Origin: Octopus sinensis
Lineage: Eukaryota
Assembly: GCF_006345805.1 (NCBI RefSeq)
Contig: NC_043004.1
Location: forward strand, 42,160,001-42,224,000
Length of the DNA stretch: 64,000 nucleotides
Direction of reading: 5' to 3'
In this document: positions 38,950 through 52,253 of the stretch, piece after piece
Numbering within the stretch: position 1 is the first letter of the stretch
How the letters are laid out: each line of letters opens with the position of its first letter
Made by a program: the position numbers and the translations under genes
Notes under the pieces: generated by a model
The model's input: only the letters and a program-made list of their open reading frames with translations
Database searches by the model: none
Told to the model about the DNA's origin: nothing

Positions 38950-39965
38950 GCCGGAATAAATGGCCCAAGGTATTTCGCTCGACAGTCTTACAACTCTGGC
39001 AACTCACACCCTTAATAATCGTGATGATGATGGTAACATTCTAAAGACTGCATTGAATCAGAGGAAAAAGGTTAGGGTAATATGTAAAAAATTTCGGGAA
39101 ACTATTAAACTTTGTGTTAAGAGAAATTTTAAGGAGAAAAACAACATAAAAAAACAGAAATGACATGGGAAGGGAAAAAGTGTACCGTCAGTTTGCAAGA
39201 GATACGGGGGCAAATGCAGATACAGGACGCCTGTCGCTACGAATACTAAGGAGTGACTTAAAGATAGAAACAGAAAAATGTATATGCGTAGCGCAAGAAC
39301 AAGCAATAAGGACAAACTATGTGAAGTGCAGAAACGGTATAACAATAGAGAGCGACAAATGCAGAATCTGTGATGCAAGGTGGTAAACACTGTGGTACAT
39401 TTTTAGTGAATGCTCGAATGCATACTAAATGTGGCAAGAACGATCCATTGGTAGCGCTTTGGAAATTATTGCTTAGAAAGATAAATGACAGTATGATCAA
39501 ATCGCAAACAGTTATTAAGAGTGAGGATTGCAAAATCCTGTGGGATGCAATGCTTCAGTGTGACAACCAGATTAGACAGCGGAAACCTGATATTGTTGTG
39601 ATCAACAGAAAAGCAAATCGTGTCTGTTCATTGACACACCATTTCATGGTGACAACAGGATTGAGCAAGAAGAAAAGTGAACAGATGTGTTGAATAGAGG
39701 ACGTCTTAGCAATAGTGATTGTTACGCTTGGAAATAACAGTACCCAGCTACAAGCCTGTCTAAGACTGACAGGAACAAATGTAAAGAAAACCTACAAAAA
39801 TCATCATTGCTTGGAACTGCAGGAGTTCTCCGCATGATTCTTGAAGCATGAACAGTAAAAAAGTGTCACCTTAGTTTGCTGGCTGTGGGCAGCTGATACT
39901 TTCCATTATAACCAGCAAAATAAGCTGAAATTTTTTATGAAATGATGATGATGATGACGATGACG
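38950..39965 (+). mobile_element. R4/Dong-like LINE 3' part (zinc finger plus restriction-like endonuclease)
   Basis: AQEQAIRTNY, CRICD, KILWDAMLQCDNQIRQRKPDIVVI; short UTR ending in (TGA)n. Confidence 0.9.
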
Positions 39966-40404
39966 ATGATATTGTTTGTTTCCATGAAACAGAAACATGA
40001 AGATAGTAATAGTCTCGGGAAATGCTTGAGATGAAACATATGACAGCAAAGTACTAAACAGTGTGTTTGTGATTTCACAATGTAGTGCAGAACAAGATGT
40101 ATAAAGCGATGGCGCCAACATTATCTGAATTATATAACACTGAAATATGAGAAATAAAATGTGTGAACAAGAAGAAAACATAGAATAAATAAAAACAAAA
40201 TTTCCACATGGAATATGAGAAGTAACTTCCTAAAATATAAAAACTTTAATCGAAGGCGTATTAGTAAACTGGAAGTGAGACATCAAAGGCACTTTAGAAA
40301 CATATGTGAACATCAATTTCAAGAGTTAAGCAGCATTGTTCTACAGAAGTTAATCATTATGCTGTCACGAAAGGATAGGGGGGGGAAGCATTTAATATAC
40401 TCAC

Positions 40405-40447
40405 CGCTCAATTAAACTGCTAAATAGCCAGCTACACACATATACAA
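40405..40447 (-). other. Candidate micro-exon (43 nt)
   Basis: Acceptor gcttctctggtttcag|, donor GCG|GTGAGTAT; one open frame VYVCSWLFSSLIE. Confidence 0.3.
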
Positions 40448-40855
40448 CTGAAACCAGAGAAGCCTAAGACTTTTTGACTGTTTCGAAATCCGGATTATGG
40501 TGTTCTTCCATATTTCCAGATTATTGCTCCAAACTTCAAAGTATAATTTATTTTAACATTAGCGGAATTAATTAATCGAAGCCAAAATATTTAACGCTGT
40601 AATTTGCATCATGCTTCGCTAAGCAAATTATGTATGCGTATTTATGCAAAGGAAAACATTTTAATTTCGGTTAATTACACTAGTCATAAAGCAGAAATTA
40701 ACTTCAATTTTAATCACGATTAGGGTAAATTAATATTCATCCATATCTCTTTGGTTAGGTATACAGATCATCGGTTCGGATTGAAACATGAAAGACGACC
40801 AAGTCAATTGTTGACAATTACATTTTACATTTAAAGTGTTCTGTTTATATATATA

Positions 40856-40896
<41 letters not shown>

Positions 40897-41073
40897 AAGT
40901 GTCTATATATATATAGCACTTTTAGAAAATAAATCAAAACGGAGAAGCACAGTCTAAGAAGTACAACAGTCTATATTTAGTGTTGGTGAAGGCCTGTTTA
41001 TAGGCCCTTACTGAGAATGTATATATATATGTATGTATGTATGTATCTATCTATCTATCTAATTATATATATA

Positions 41074-43202
41074 CAGGTTGGTACAAAAGTTGGTATACAG
41101 TTATGAAAATGGAAAACACTCTACTCATTTATTTTTATTAAAACGATTAAAAGTTGCGATAAAACTATTACAATAGTTATGAAAAATGTATTATTATGAT
41201 TAATGATACTGAAAATATTAAAAATGGGGCTAACTAATTTGATATGCTGATAATTTTGATAAATTAAGTACTGTACCATTCACTCTCTTTCAGTGCCCTT
41301 CACTGAACAGATGTGATTTTCTGCTACTCTCGTTTAATTGTAGGTTTTCCCTTTGGGGATTACCGCTGTTTTTTGAGAAGTTATACATTTTTTGCTGTTT
41401 TCTGAGTCTTTTGCACTCATTGCCAAAGATAACAAAAACCCGCATTCACACCATACACACACACAAAACACAAAGATCCTACTCATCTGCCCCAAACAAA
41501 GCCACATATAGTCCATTCGCACAAGGCATATCACTGCCAGCAACACTCGGAAAAACCGATCTCAGACTCAACCGACGTGTTTTTTTCTGCTGCTCACGTT
41601 TAATTGTAGGTTTTCCCATTTGGGATTATCGTTGTGTTTTTTGAACTGCTATACAACTTGTGTTGTTTACTGTGTCTTTTAGACACATTGTCTGCTTTAA
41701 CAGTTTTTTCTGTGAATCCCCGCTGCTTAGGGGCGAATTCTGATCATTTACGGAAAAATGTTTTTACACATCAGTACATGGAAGTTGATGCCTCCCAATA
41801 TGTTATTCCATACTACTTCTTGGAGGAATTGTGCGAACAAATGTCACCCTCCCCCCATTTTGCCAAACGAAGGAAGAGAAAAACATACTAGTGAAGGATA
41901 AAACAGACCTTGCAATTAAAACACAGTATGGTAATGGAAAAACCAGCTACACGTCTGTGGCTGTCGTCAGTAGCGAAACAGTGCAAGTCGGCTCAGGTGA
42001 GCTCGAAAAGTATAAAAGGTAATTGCAGAGGGAAGGAGCGAACGTGAAGCTGACTCCCCCAGAAGAAGTGATGTACAGCACAAAACGTAAAACAATAGTC
42101 TACAGAACGCTGTCCCTGGTAACAAAAAGGATACATGTGGTATCTAAGGATTCCATCGAAAAGTGCCTACTACCAATTTAGCGCGACATAAGATACGCAA
42201 ATAGAGGAAGGGCGTTTCGGCTCAACGAGGTGAGATTCGCTTCCGAAGAGGAGACAAAGAGACACTCTACGTCTCCCTTAAGTCAGCAGATCTGGTGTTA
42301 CTGCTGACTTACCTTGGAAGGCGAACAGCGAAAATAAGGATAGGGGAGGTCCCACAAGAGATCAACGCAATGTGGCTGGTGGCAGCTGTACTACTGAACC
42401 TGGAGCATAGAGCCATTACTCTTCAGGCCGCCAGCAGAACTGATGGGCCAACGGTCCTACAACCAAATGCACTCCCTCCATGTCACAACCCACGAGTGTC
42501 TATCGACTCAAAAGGAAGCAAGGAGGAGCAAAACAGCACCGCGACGAAACAATCCATCAACCCATCACAAACTGACAACCCAAACGAAGAGAGAAGGAAG
42601 TCAGACAGCACCACGATGGAACAACTCACCAACCCACCACAAACTGACAAACAGAAAGAAGCCCACATCGAAGGTGTCACAGAGGGGAGCGGATAAACCA
42701 AAGAACGGCACCACCAACCTTGTTCGAGGCGAGCGACGACAGATGGACAATGGTCAAAGAGAGACGAAAAGTGAAAGGTAAGCCCCGTGCACCCGTAAAA
42801 AATACCACCTAAGACAACCAAAACCCGTATCCACAACGTATACATAGAAACCATAAGCATCTTACTCAGTTACTCCAAACAAAGAACCCATCTATCCTAA
42901 TTTGTGACTAAAAAGTGTATACGTTGCTACATGTGTGAGACTAGAACGTAAGTACCAGTGACTCTAAAAAAAGATCAGTGATGATTCTTGGTTTGTGGGG
43001 TCCCCGTATCCATCAATTCATTTTTATCATTTTCACTCTATCCTTATCCATACGTTATTTTGACCCCATGTTTTGTCTGTCTTGTTGTGTCTCTTCTGTG
43101 TACTAGCCTTTTATGGTGAATAAAGTATAAATGCGTTCTACTGGGAAAAAATTTTTTAGCATTATGTGGTACTTACTGTATACCTACTTTTGCACAGACC
43201 TA
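41074..43202. mobile_element. Tc1/mariner-type TIR pair (TA-flanked) enclosing a Tx1 derivative
   Basis: 41074-41101 CAGGTTGGTACAAAAGTTGGTATACAGT versus reverse complement of 43175-43202 TAGGTCTGTGCAAAAGTAGGTATACAGT: 23/28 identical, TA on both outer sides. Confidence 0.7.
41277..43130 (+). mobile_element. Internally deleted Tx1/L1-like element (5' UTR, ORF1, possible ORF2 tip, 3' UTR, AATAAA)
   Basis: Starts CATTC; ORF1 SIEKCL..YLGRRTAKIRIGEVP, homologous to ORF1 at 12.2 kb; no APE or RT; AATAAA at 43119-43124. Confidence 0.75.
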
Positions 43203-43204
43203 TA

Positions 43205-43780
<576 letters not shown>

Positions 43781-44359
43781 ATTTATGATAAAATACAAAT
43801 CTAAGAGTTATATTCTGGTGCATCAAACTTTGTTCTAACATTATTTAAATATCATAAGACTATAAATAGAATTTCAAATAATATTAGTAATCGTTTCATA
43901 CACTTTCAATCTTAAGGCTTAGAAAAGCGAAATTGTTACGAAGCTTTCAATCAGTAATCTTTGGTGCACACGCACACCAATATACGCACATACAACCACA
44001 CACACATGCACACACGTTTATGCTCGAAACAGCGTTACAACTGGATTTCACAGTGAAGGTTTTGGTGGCCTGTCGTTGTCTATTAAAACAGTAAATATAG
44101 ATAGAATTTCCCATTTCGAGGGATATTGGATTTGACAAATACTATTCAAAATGAAAAGTACTATTCTATATTTTAGAAGGTTTACTAGCAATTGAAAACA
44201 TATTCAATAGAAGAATATATTAAATTAATATATTTTATCAATACTTTTTCTGACCTAAAAAATCTAAGCACCTTTCTCTGAGAGAGATGAAAATGTCTTT
44301 CATATAAAGTGATTCTATAAAGTAAAATATTTGTTTCAAATTTTGGCACAAGACCAGTA

Positions 44360-44490
44360 ATTTGGTGGGTAGTGGTAAGTCAATTACATCGACCACAATA
44401 CTCAATTGGTACTTATTTTGTCGACCCCAAATCATAAAAGGCGAAATCGATCTCGGTGGTATTTGAACTCAGAATGTAAAGATTGTAATT
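44360..44490 (-). mobile_element. Decayed OR-type SINE fragment
   Basis: gtcaattacatcgacc..ggtacttattttgtcgacccc..atttgaactcagaa. Confidence 0.65.
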
Positions 44491-46054
44491 GAAAGACGGC
44501 GAATAAAAATTAAAAGTTATGCTACGTTTATGTCACACATTCAAGTTGTGGTGTACGATATGTTCTTGCATACCATATACTAATATACTAATAATTCGAC
44601 AAAACGACGTCCATTACAGTATGAAAGTTTTCATTTCACAAGAACAGAAAATGACAGACCTTAAAAAGATGAAAATAGCCTGCATAACCACAATATTAAT
44701 CTTTGTGGAAAAGATAAGTACTTTTATGGAATAAACTACTATAGCGAAAGAAAAATAGAAAGAAGAGTGACAAGCTGTTGAAGATGGAAACCGAGTTTTA
44801 ATCAACAAAAATTGAAAGAATCTGAAGCAGAAGTAAATTGTTTTGTAATCAACCGAAATAATCCAGGCCAGGAGATAAAGATTATTTTTTCAATCGTATT
44901 TCAAAATTTCTATGCATTTTGGTACTTATGGCCTCCATCAAAATACGACATGAAGTTTTCGTTATCATCTCATAATCCATCAGTTGGATACAATTTTAAT
45001 ATTTCAGTCCATACACTATATTTTTATTTAGATATATGCGATATACGTGAGCATATATCAGCATTCGTTAGAAATCATATTTTCCGGCCATATATTTGAA
45101 ATATATTTTAAATCGCATTATCTAAATACAAGAAATAAAAATGACATACTTTATGTATTAGAACCTCCCTATTTAAATCTTTATTCATTGTTAATATATA
45201 TAAAAAAAAATTCTACATATGAACTAAACAAAATACACTCGAAATACTCTATTGGGGAAAACAGCTTTATTGGTTTTGCTGTGGTAATATACTTTAACAA
45301 CTCAATTTAAGGGACATTTTGGCGCCCTGTTCCTTAATTTCCTTCATAACAATATCACAATATGAAGCAATTCCCTTGTTCTTTACTGATATCACATTCT
45401 TTAGTAACCGAAGTAATCAAAGTGTCATTGTAAAAATAATAAAGAATAGTAATAATATTCCATAACTAATTTCATTGTTTGCTTTCGTCAATCTTTAACT
45501 AAAGTGGTTATTGCCTCTGCTTACATTATTGTTAAGAGATCATTCAACAATGAAAGAAGGCAACAAATAAAAGATCTAAAAGGAAACAAAACAAGTTCAG
45601 ATATTCTTAACTCTGCAGAAAGACGAATATAAATTACGTAGCACAAAAAGCTAGCTGGGTAAGACCGCTTGGGAAATATAAGAGGTTCTGCTACAAATTG
45701 CTACAACATAAAATTTGAGTAGGAAAAGGAAATCTAAAATAAAAAAAAAGTAAGAAAAAGTACATCAACATATTGCATTAAATGGAACTGGTTTGCACAT
45801 GAAGTTACATAGGGAGACAAAAACCTAATAACTATCACTGAAACAATTCAGCATACTGAGAAAGGTGAAAGTGGAGGAAAGCAAGCAAGGTAGAAACAAA
45901 AAGAAAAAGAAAAAGAAAAAGAAAAAACGTTCAACGATTTATAGACTCCACTTACGCCTGAACAAATTTGAGGTCAGATCTACTCAGATGAGACTTGCTC
46001 TTCATAATTTGGGATTGTATGTTGTGCAGGTCTGTTGTTAAGATTAGTCATATG

Positions 46055-46473
46055 GGATCTTTTCGGTTTGAACGGCAGTTTTTTTCTAGCGGTGTCATAT
46101 GAAATTGTCACCCATAAGTATGACCCTAGTGTCGATATATTGCATTTCAATCTGTTTTAGGGTTAGGGTTAGGGGTGGGGGAAGGGTATCTTTTTTTCTT
46201 CACAAATGTAAATAAACCCAATCTGTTTCTTAAACGAGGGACATATTCATACGGCACAGAATGTTTTTTTTACCTCAATAGACGTAATTGATTGGTTGAA
46301 ATTGCAGAAATTGAAGAAAAAAAACAACAAATATCTTACAAACTATAGAATTTTCTCAATAAAGCCAAGAGAAAAAAGATGTTTTATAAACACATTCTAC
46401 CAGTATACGAAGTTTAAAATTTTTTAGTTACCTAGAAATTATGTTAAAACTGCCGTTCAAACCGAAAAGGTCC
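46055..46473 (-). mobile_element. MITE copy 2 (inverted relative to copies 1 and 3)
   Basis: Same TIRs and interior; TTAGGG repeats on the plus strand; no matching 8-bp TSD. Confidence 0.9.
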
Positions 46474-47178
46474 AAAATACGTACTCCTTCATTCGAGAGA
46501 ATCATTTGAAGCCTGTAGCAATGCGATTTTGATACGTTAATCTTGGCGGTACGTTTTACTGAAACATCTATTGCGCAAGCTTACGACTACTTATAGAAAA
46601 CTGACTGTAAGAGAAATCTATGCATTCGGCATAAATGCAGTCATAAAAAAAAGACGGTATAAGGATATGAACCTGTTAAATTAATTTCACCAGAGTCATA
46701 AGATTGTTGAAGGGGCACGCAGTAAAAGCTGCAACAGACGATTAATTATGGTAAAACCGAAAGTAAATAAATAAAGTAGTAAAAATAAAATAACACATAC
46801 ATTAATTTAACATAACAGGGGTAAAAGAAGTCAAAACAAAATATCATACTAGATATTTATCGTAAGAACGGTGGAAAACACGAAATCGTTATTCATATAG
46901 ACACGAAAAAATGTCATAATATTAGACTGAAGAAGAAAACAGGCTGAAATCATAACAAACCCCAACTCCAAATGTCCCCAATGACATTCAGAATAGCGAA
47001 TAGCAGTTGGAAATATTTCGGAGTCTTCTTAGACCTATATCCTGATTAATTAATATAAACTGATAAAACTTGGTTCTATATAGGTTTCGAAGAAGATGAT
47101 TCATGTGTTTCATCAACTAACCTATCTTCCAAATTGTGTTAGCGTATTGGCGGCTAAGTATTTCAATGACACGCCTAA

Positions 47179-47465
47179 TTATTGACCCCCATGTTTTGTT
47201 TGTCTTGTATTGTCCCTTCTGTGTACTAGCCTTTTATGTTTGTCAGTTTGTGGTGAGTTGCTGGGTCGTTCCATCGTGGTGCTGTCTGACTTCTATCTGT
47301 CTTCCTTTGGGTTGTCAGTTTGTGGTGGGTTGATGGATTGTTTCGTCGCGGTGCTGTTTTGCTCCTCCTTGATTTCTTTTGAGTCGATAGACACTCGTGG
47401 GTTGCGACATGGAGGGGGTGCATTTGGCTGTAGGACCTGTGGCCCAACTGTTCTGCTGGCGGCCT
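47179..47465. mobile_element. Rearranged fragment of the Tx1 derivative (3' UTR on +, ORF1 C-terminal part on -)
   Basis: 47179-47238 matches ~43055-43115; 47239-47465 is the reverse complement of ~42424-42655. Confidence 0.85.
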
Positions 47466-48489
47466 ATTATGAGCACCTAATGAGTGTAAAATAATACGAA
47501 AGTACCAAACCTCTAAATTACTATTAAAATCCATTTGACAATTTACCGTACAATTTCTCTATATATAATTTCACTAACAAGCTCGACCGAAGACGATTGA
47601 AAATGGTACTTGAATACACTATGGTGTAGCATTGCTAAATAGGTAAGCATTTCCCTTTGAAATATCATCATAGTGTGTTATGGAGTAGATTACAATGCAT
47701 TTGAAAATATAGTCATAAGATATTTCTGATAGCTAAGTAATTTACACCATGTAATTTCGTGTCTACCATATAAAGTCATTCAGAGGGAGTCACACACTTT
47801 CATATGTCATGTCAAAATATTTAAACTTCAAATCCACACAAAACCCGAATTTGCATTGTGATTATTTGTAAAGAGTTGCTGACGAGGTACGCCACTTCGG
47901 AATAAATATCAGTAACTATCTCTTCACCATTGAAGTGATACCTTTTCAAATTCGACCTTACTGATAATGTTGCTATTCCTGTTCGTTTCCTTTAGCATCT
48001 TCATAATCATTGCACCAGTACATTCAGTTACAGATTGTTGATATCAGAGTTTCATTGAAAGTGAATAATAGGGAATCACGTATTGTAAACGAAAACGAAA
48101 ACCAAAGAAAGAATCAAAGAAAGGAAAAAGAAAGATACACATTTTTTTCGTATAGCCTTATTGATTAGCAGAAATAATTTGTTGGTGTACATCTTAAATG
48201 ATAGCAGTAAACAGAATATATCCAATATTGAGCCAATATATCAGTTACGCCAAGATAAGAAAAAAAAAAAGAAGAAAATATCCATAATAATCCAACCACA
48301 GGGAAAATAAAGTGATTTCAATAACATCTAGAAATTAAGTTCCTCAAGAATATTTTCTAGATATATGTATATTTCCGGATTATTAATAAAGCGATTTTCA
48401 CATTTACTCATTTTATAATTAGTTAAGGTTGTCAAAACAACACACACACGCACTCACTCACGCACACACACGTATATATGTATATATAC

Positions 48490-48498
48490 ACGTCTCAA

Positions 48499-48563
<65 letters not shown>

Positions 48564-48625
48564 GATATCTGCATTCATATTTACATATACATGCATACAC
48601 ACACACAAATATATATATATATATA

Positions 48626-48720
<95 letters not shown>
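48490..48720. repeat. (CT)n(TA)n microsatellite
   Basis: Directly visible. Confidence 0.95.
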
Positions 48721-48723
<3 letters not shown>

Positions 48724-49121
48724 CGCAGGAGTGGCTGTGTGGTAAGTAGCTTGCTAACCAACCTCATGGTTCCGGGTTCAGTCCCACTGCGTGGCACCTT
48801 GGGCAAGTGTCTTCTGCTATAGTCCGGGCCGACCAATGCCTTGTGAATGGATTTGGTAGACGAAAACTGAAAGAAGCCTGTCGTATATATATATATATGT
48901 ATGTGTGTGTTTGTGTGTCTGTGTTTGTCCCCCTAGCATTGCTTGACAACCGATGCTGGTGTGTTTACGTCTCCGTCACCTAGCGGTTCGGGAAAAAGAG
49001 ACCGATAGAATAAGTACTGGGCTTACAAAGAATAAGTCCCGGGGTCGATTTGTTCGACTAAAGGCGGTGCTCCAGCATGGCCGCAGTCAAATGACTGAAA
49101 CAAGTAAAAGAGTAAAGAGTA
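48721..49121 (+). mobile_element. OK-type SINE, full length
   Basis: aggcgcaggagtggctgtgtggtaag (A box), ggttcagtccc (B-box-like), tail gtaaaagagtaaagagta. Confidence 0.93.
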
Positions 49122-49249
49122 ATATATATATATATGTATGTATATATATATACACACACACGCATACTACTACACACATAATGCGTATAATATATGTACA
49201 TAATCGTATATATATATATGTGTGTGTGTATACATACGTTACATACATA

Positions 49250-49890
49250 CAAGGTGCGGTGAATGAATTGACGTTTAAATTACGCAAAAATGAAAATAAC
49301 ACCTACATCTTGTTTTAACAGATATATTTACCAAAATTATATAAAAATATATTGAAATACTAAAGAGTAAATTTGTTCAATAAAATCACCATTGGTTTCA
49401 ACTACCACCTCCAGACGACTTCGGAATACCTTGGAACTCCTCTGGACGGTCACTTGTTTTAGGCTGGTGAATACTACCATAGACATTGCCTTTAGTTCAT
49501 ATTTGGTGCTACAAGGAGTCTTGTGGGTCTCTCGCTCAACTGCGCCCCACACATAATAATCAAGGGGTTTACAGTCTGGGGAGTTAGGTGGCCAGATGTT
49601 ACGGATGATGTGGTCGCAGAAATTGCCTGACAGTCATGACTGGATTCTACTACTTGTGTGGCGTGGTGAAGAGTTCTGCTACCAGAAACAGTGTCTTCCA
49701 GCAGCCACGCTATTGACCCAGGCAATTGATGTAGGCCTCCGTGTTGAGGGTGAGGTCATGAAGGAAGATGAATGGAAGTATATAGTCACCATCACTAGTG
49801 GTCATTCCAGACACCATGATGGCGACTGGTTGTTTCATTTTTATCAGTATGGGTACATGTCTGAAATACAACGCGAGATTGTCCCACAGT
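49250..49890 (-). mobile_element. Tc1/mariner DD37D (maT-like) 3' half with right TIR
   Basis: QNSSPRHTS..WPPNSPDCKPLDYYVWGAVERET..FRSRLEVVVETNGDFIE; TIR TA|CAAGGTGCGGTGAATGAATTG. Confidence 0.88.
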
Positions 49891-50088
49891 GAACGTTTCC
49901 GTTTATACTTCTGAGTACCCCTCGTATATACATTTATACACATACACAAACACACACACACACGCACACACAAAAACACACATATATATATATATATATT
50001 TATTTATATACACATATATATACATATATATATCTACATATATATATGCATGTATTTATATATGTATGCATATAAATATGTATATATA

Positions 50089-50414
50089 TACTCTTACTCT
50101 CTCTTTTACTCTTTTACTTGTTTCAGTCATTTGACTGCGGCCATGCTGGAGCACCGCCTTTTAGTCGAGCAAATCGACCCCGGGACTTATTCTTTGTAAG
50201 CCCAGTACTTATTCTATCGGTCTCTTTTGCTGAACCGCTAAGTGACGGGGACGTAAACACACCAGCATCGGTTGTCAATCAATGCTAGGGGGACAAACAC
50301 AGACACACAAACACACACACATATATATATATATACATACATATATATATATATACATATATACGACAGGCTTCTTTCAGTTTCCGTCTACCAAATCCAC
50401 TCACAAGGCATTGG
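50089..50414 (-). mobile_element. OK-type SINE, head replaced by (TA)n
   Basis: Tail and body match the other copies; stops at ccactcacaaggcattggt. Confidence 0.9.
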
Positions 50415-50436
50415 TATATATGTATATATATATATG

Positions 50437-50541
<105 letters not shown>

Positions 50542-50959
50542 TATGTTATTTATATGCATTCATGCACATGCATATATTATGCACTTACATTTGCTTTCAT
50601 TCCTGATATGTAAAGAGTTACCTGTTCCGTACTGAATTTGTTCTATTTTTCGGCTCCATCTCTGCTCATACTCTTTCCACCCCCTATTTCTCACTTTCTC
50701 TCTCTGCAAAAGATATCGGATTTTTTTTTTTAGAAAGAGATAAGTTTTTCCTAATCCAGATCTTGAGAAAACCATACAGCTTAAATATCCATCACTCACC
50801 GTATACAATCAAGCTTTCTTAACATATCATCATCAAAACTGGAATCAACGAGAAACCTTTATGCAAGCATGCGTGCATACGCAAGCGCCGTTCGCATATT
50901 TTATTTCTCTTTTTAATTTACAGTAAATTTTGACCGACCGCCTACTTGGTAGCAAAGTT

Positions 50960-51925
50960 ATGAAAACCAGTATCTTCTATTAGCCGTCACACTTTAAATC
51001 TTGCTGAATTTTATAGGTCTTGCAGATTTTTATAGACCCTCATATTGCAGTTGTTTGTAGAGCTTTAAGGATTTGTACTCTCTTTTTAAGATCCAAAGTT
51101 CAGCCATATCATGCTCTGGAAAGGTTAGTATGGATCCTGTTGCTACAATAATAATAACAATTATGAAGCTGAAAGTGTATTGTAGATATTGGATTTGCAA
51201 ATTCCTTATTAATGGTCCATAGATGTCATCTTTCTTCTGTATTTTTCGAACCACAATGCTGTGAGGACAGGCACTGCAAAATTGTTCTGGGTAATATCCT
51301 TCTTGTAAGCTGACAGCTCTGATGACCATGTTCTCTTTACACTCAGAAAGTATTCATCTATGGACTTCCCTTATTTATGGGTCCATCATATCTGACGTTC
51401 TCATTTGTCCAAGACACCTATAATTGTCACCTGACTAAATAGAGTATATTGGCAAGCCGCTCATGTTCAGAGGTCGGCACAACTTTTCCACATTTCATTG
51501 TAAAAAATGCCCATTTAGACTCACCATATTTCATTGCAATGTCTGTAGAAAATTGGGTAGTCGAACCCAATTGCTCGATATTTGTCCCATACAGTTTCAG
51601 GTTGGCAACAAAGAAAACAAGGGAGATCCTGCTGGATCCATTTCTCTGGCTGCTATGTTTTCTGAGCAGGTATGATACTGGATCTAATGAGAGGACGAAG
51701 AACAACACCTTCTGAAATATAACCTTTGGGTAGTGAATGCTATCCGATTCAATTTGCTCCTTATCATTCCCAAGAAGCAAAGTGGTATACCGAGTCTCGG
51801 GTATGCGTTCAATAGCATTCACTAGTTGTTGGGGGAGCTTTGGCCAACTATGATACCCTGATAATCTAACCATGTGGGATACTATCAAAAGCCTTCTTGC
51901 AGTCACACTACGGTAAAGTTCATAT
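50960..51925 (-). mobile_element. R4/Dong-like LINE: RT joined to the RLE C-terminus by an internal deletion
   Basis: FFVANLKLYG, FSTDIAMKYGESKWA, ENVRYDGPINK, then KDDIYGPLIRNLQIQY and KICKTYK. Confidence 0.8.
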
Positions 51926-52165
51926 AATCTTTTACTCTTTTTCCTGGATTATTTTGTTAATTAGTAGCTGCTGTATACAGCCCAACACCTCCTTATTCCC
52001 TCCAACTTGCTCAGGGGTTATAACGTTGTTCGTAGAACGATGATCCTGTAGAGATTGAGGCACTCCATGCATGATTTTTACCAGGATATTGGGCGATATT
52101 TTTTTGATGGCAGGGGCCGTTTGGCTATTCTTGGGGAAGATGCTGACATCAACTGGAAATTTCTA

Positions 52166-52166
52166 C

Positions 52167-52250
<84 letters not shown>
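52166..52250. repeat. (GATA)n(GA)n microsatellite
   Basis: Directly visible. Confidence 0.95.

Positions 52251-52253
<3 letters not shown>

Noticed and set aside
47179-47465. Twin-priming 5' inversion
   Set aside because: The junction joins two 3' ends and there is no poly(A) tail or TSD.
48721-48800. tRNA gene calls for SINE heads (also 32089, 55039, 59652)
   Set aside because: A/B-box-like motifs continue into SINE bodies repeated in the window; no complete cloverleaf is evident.
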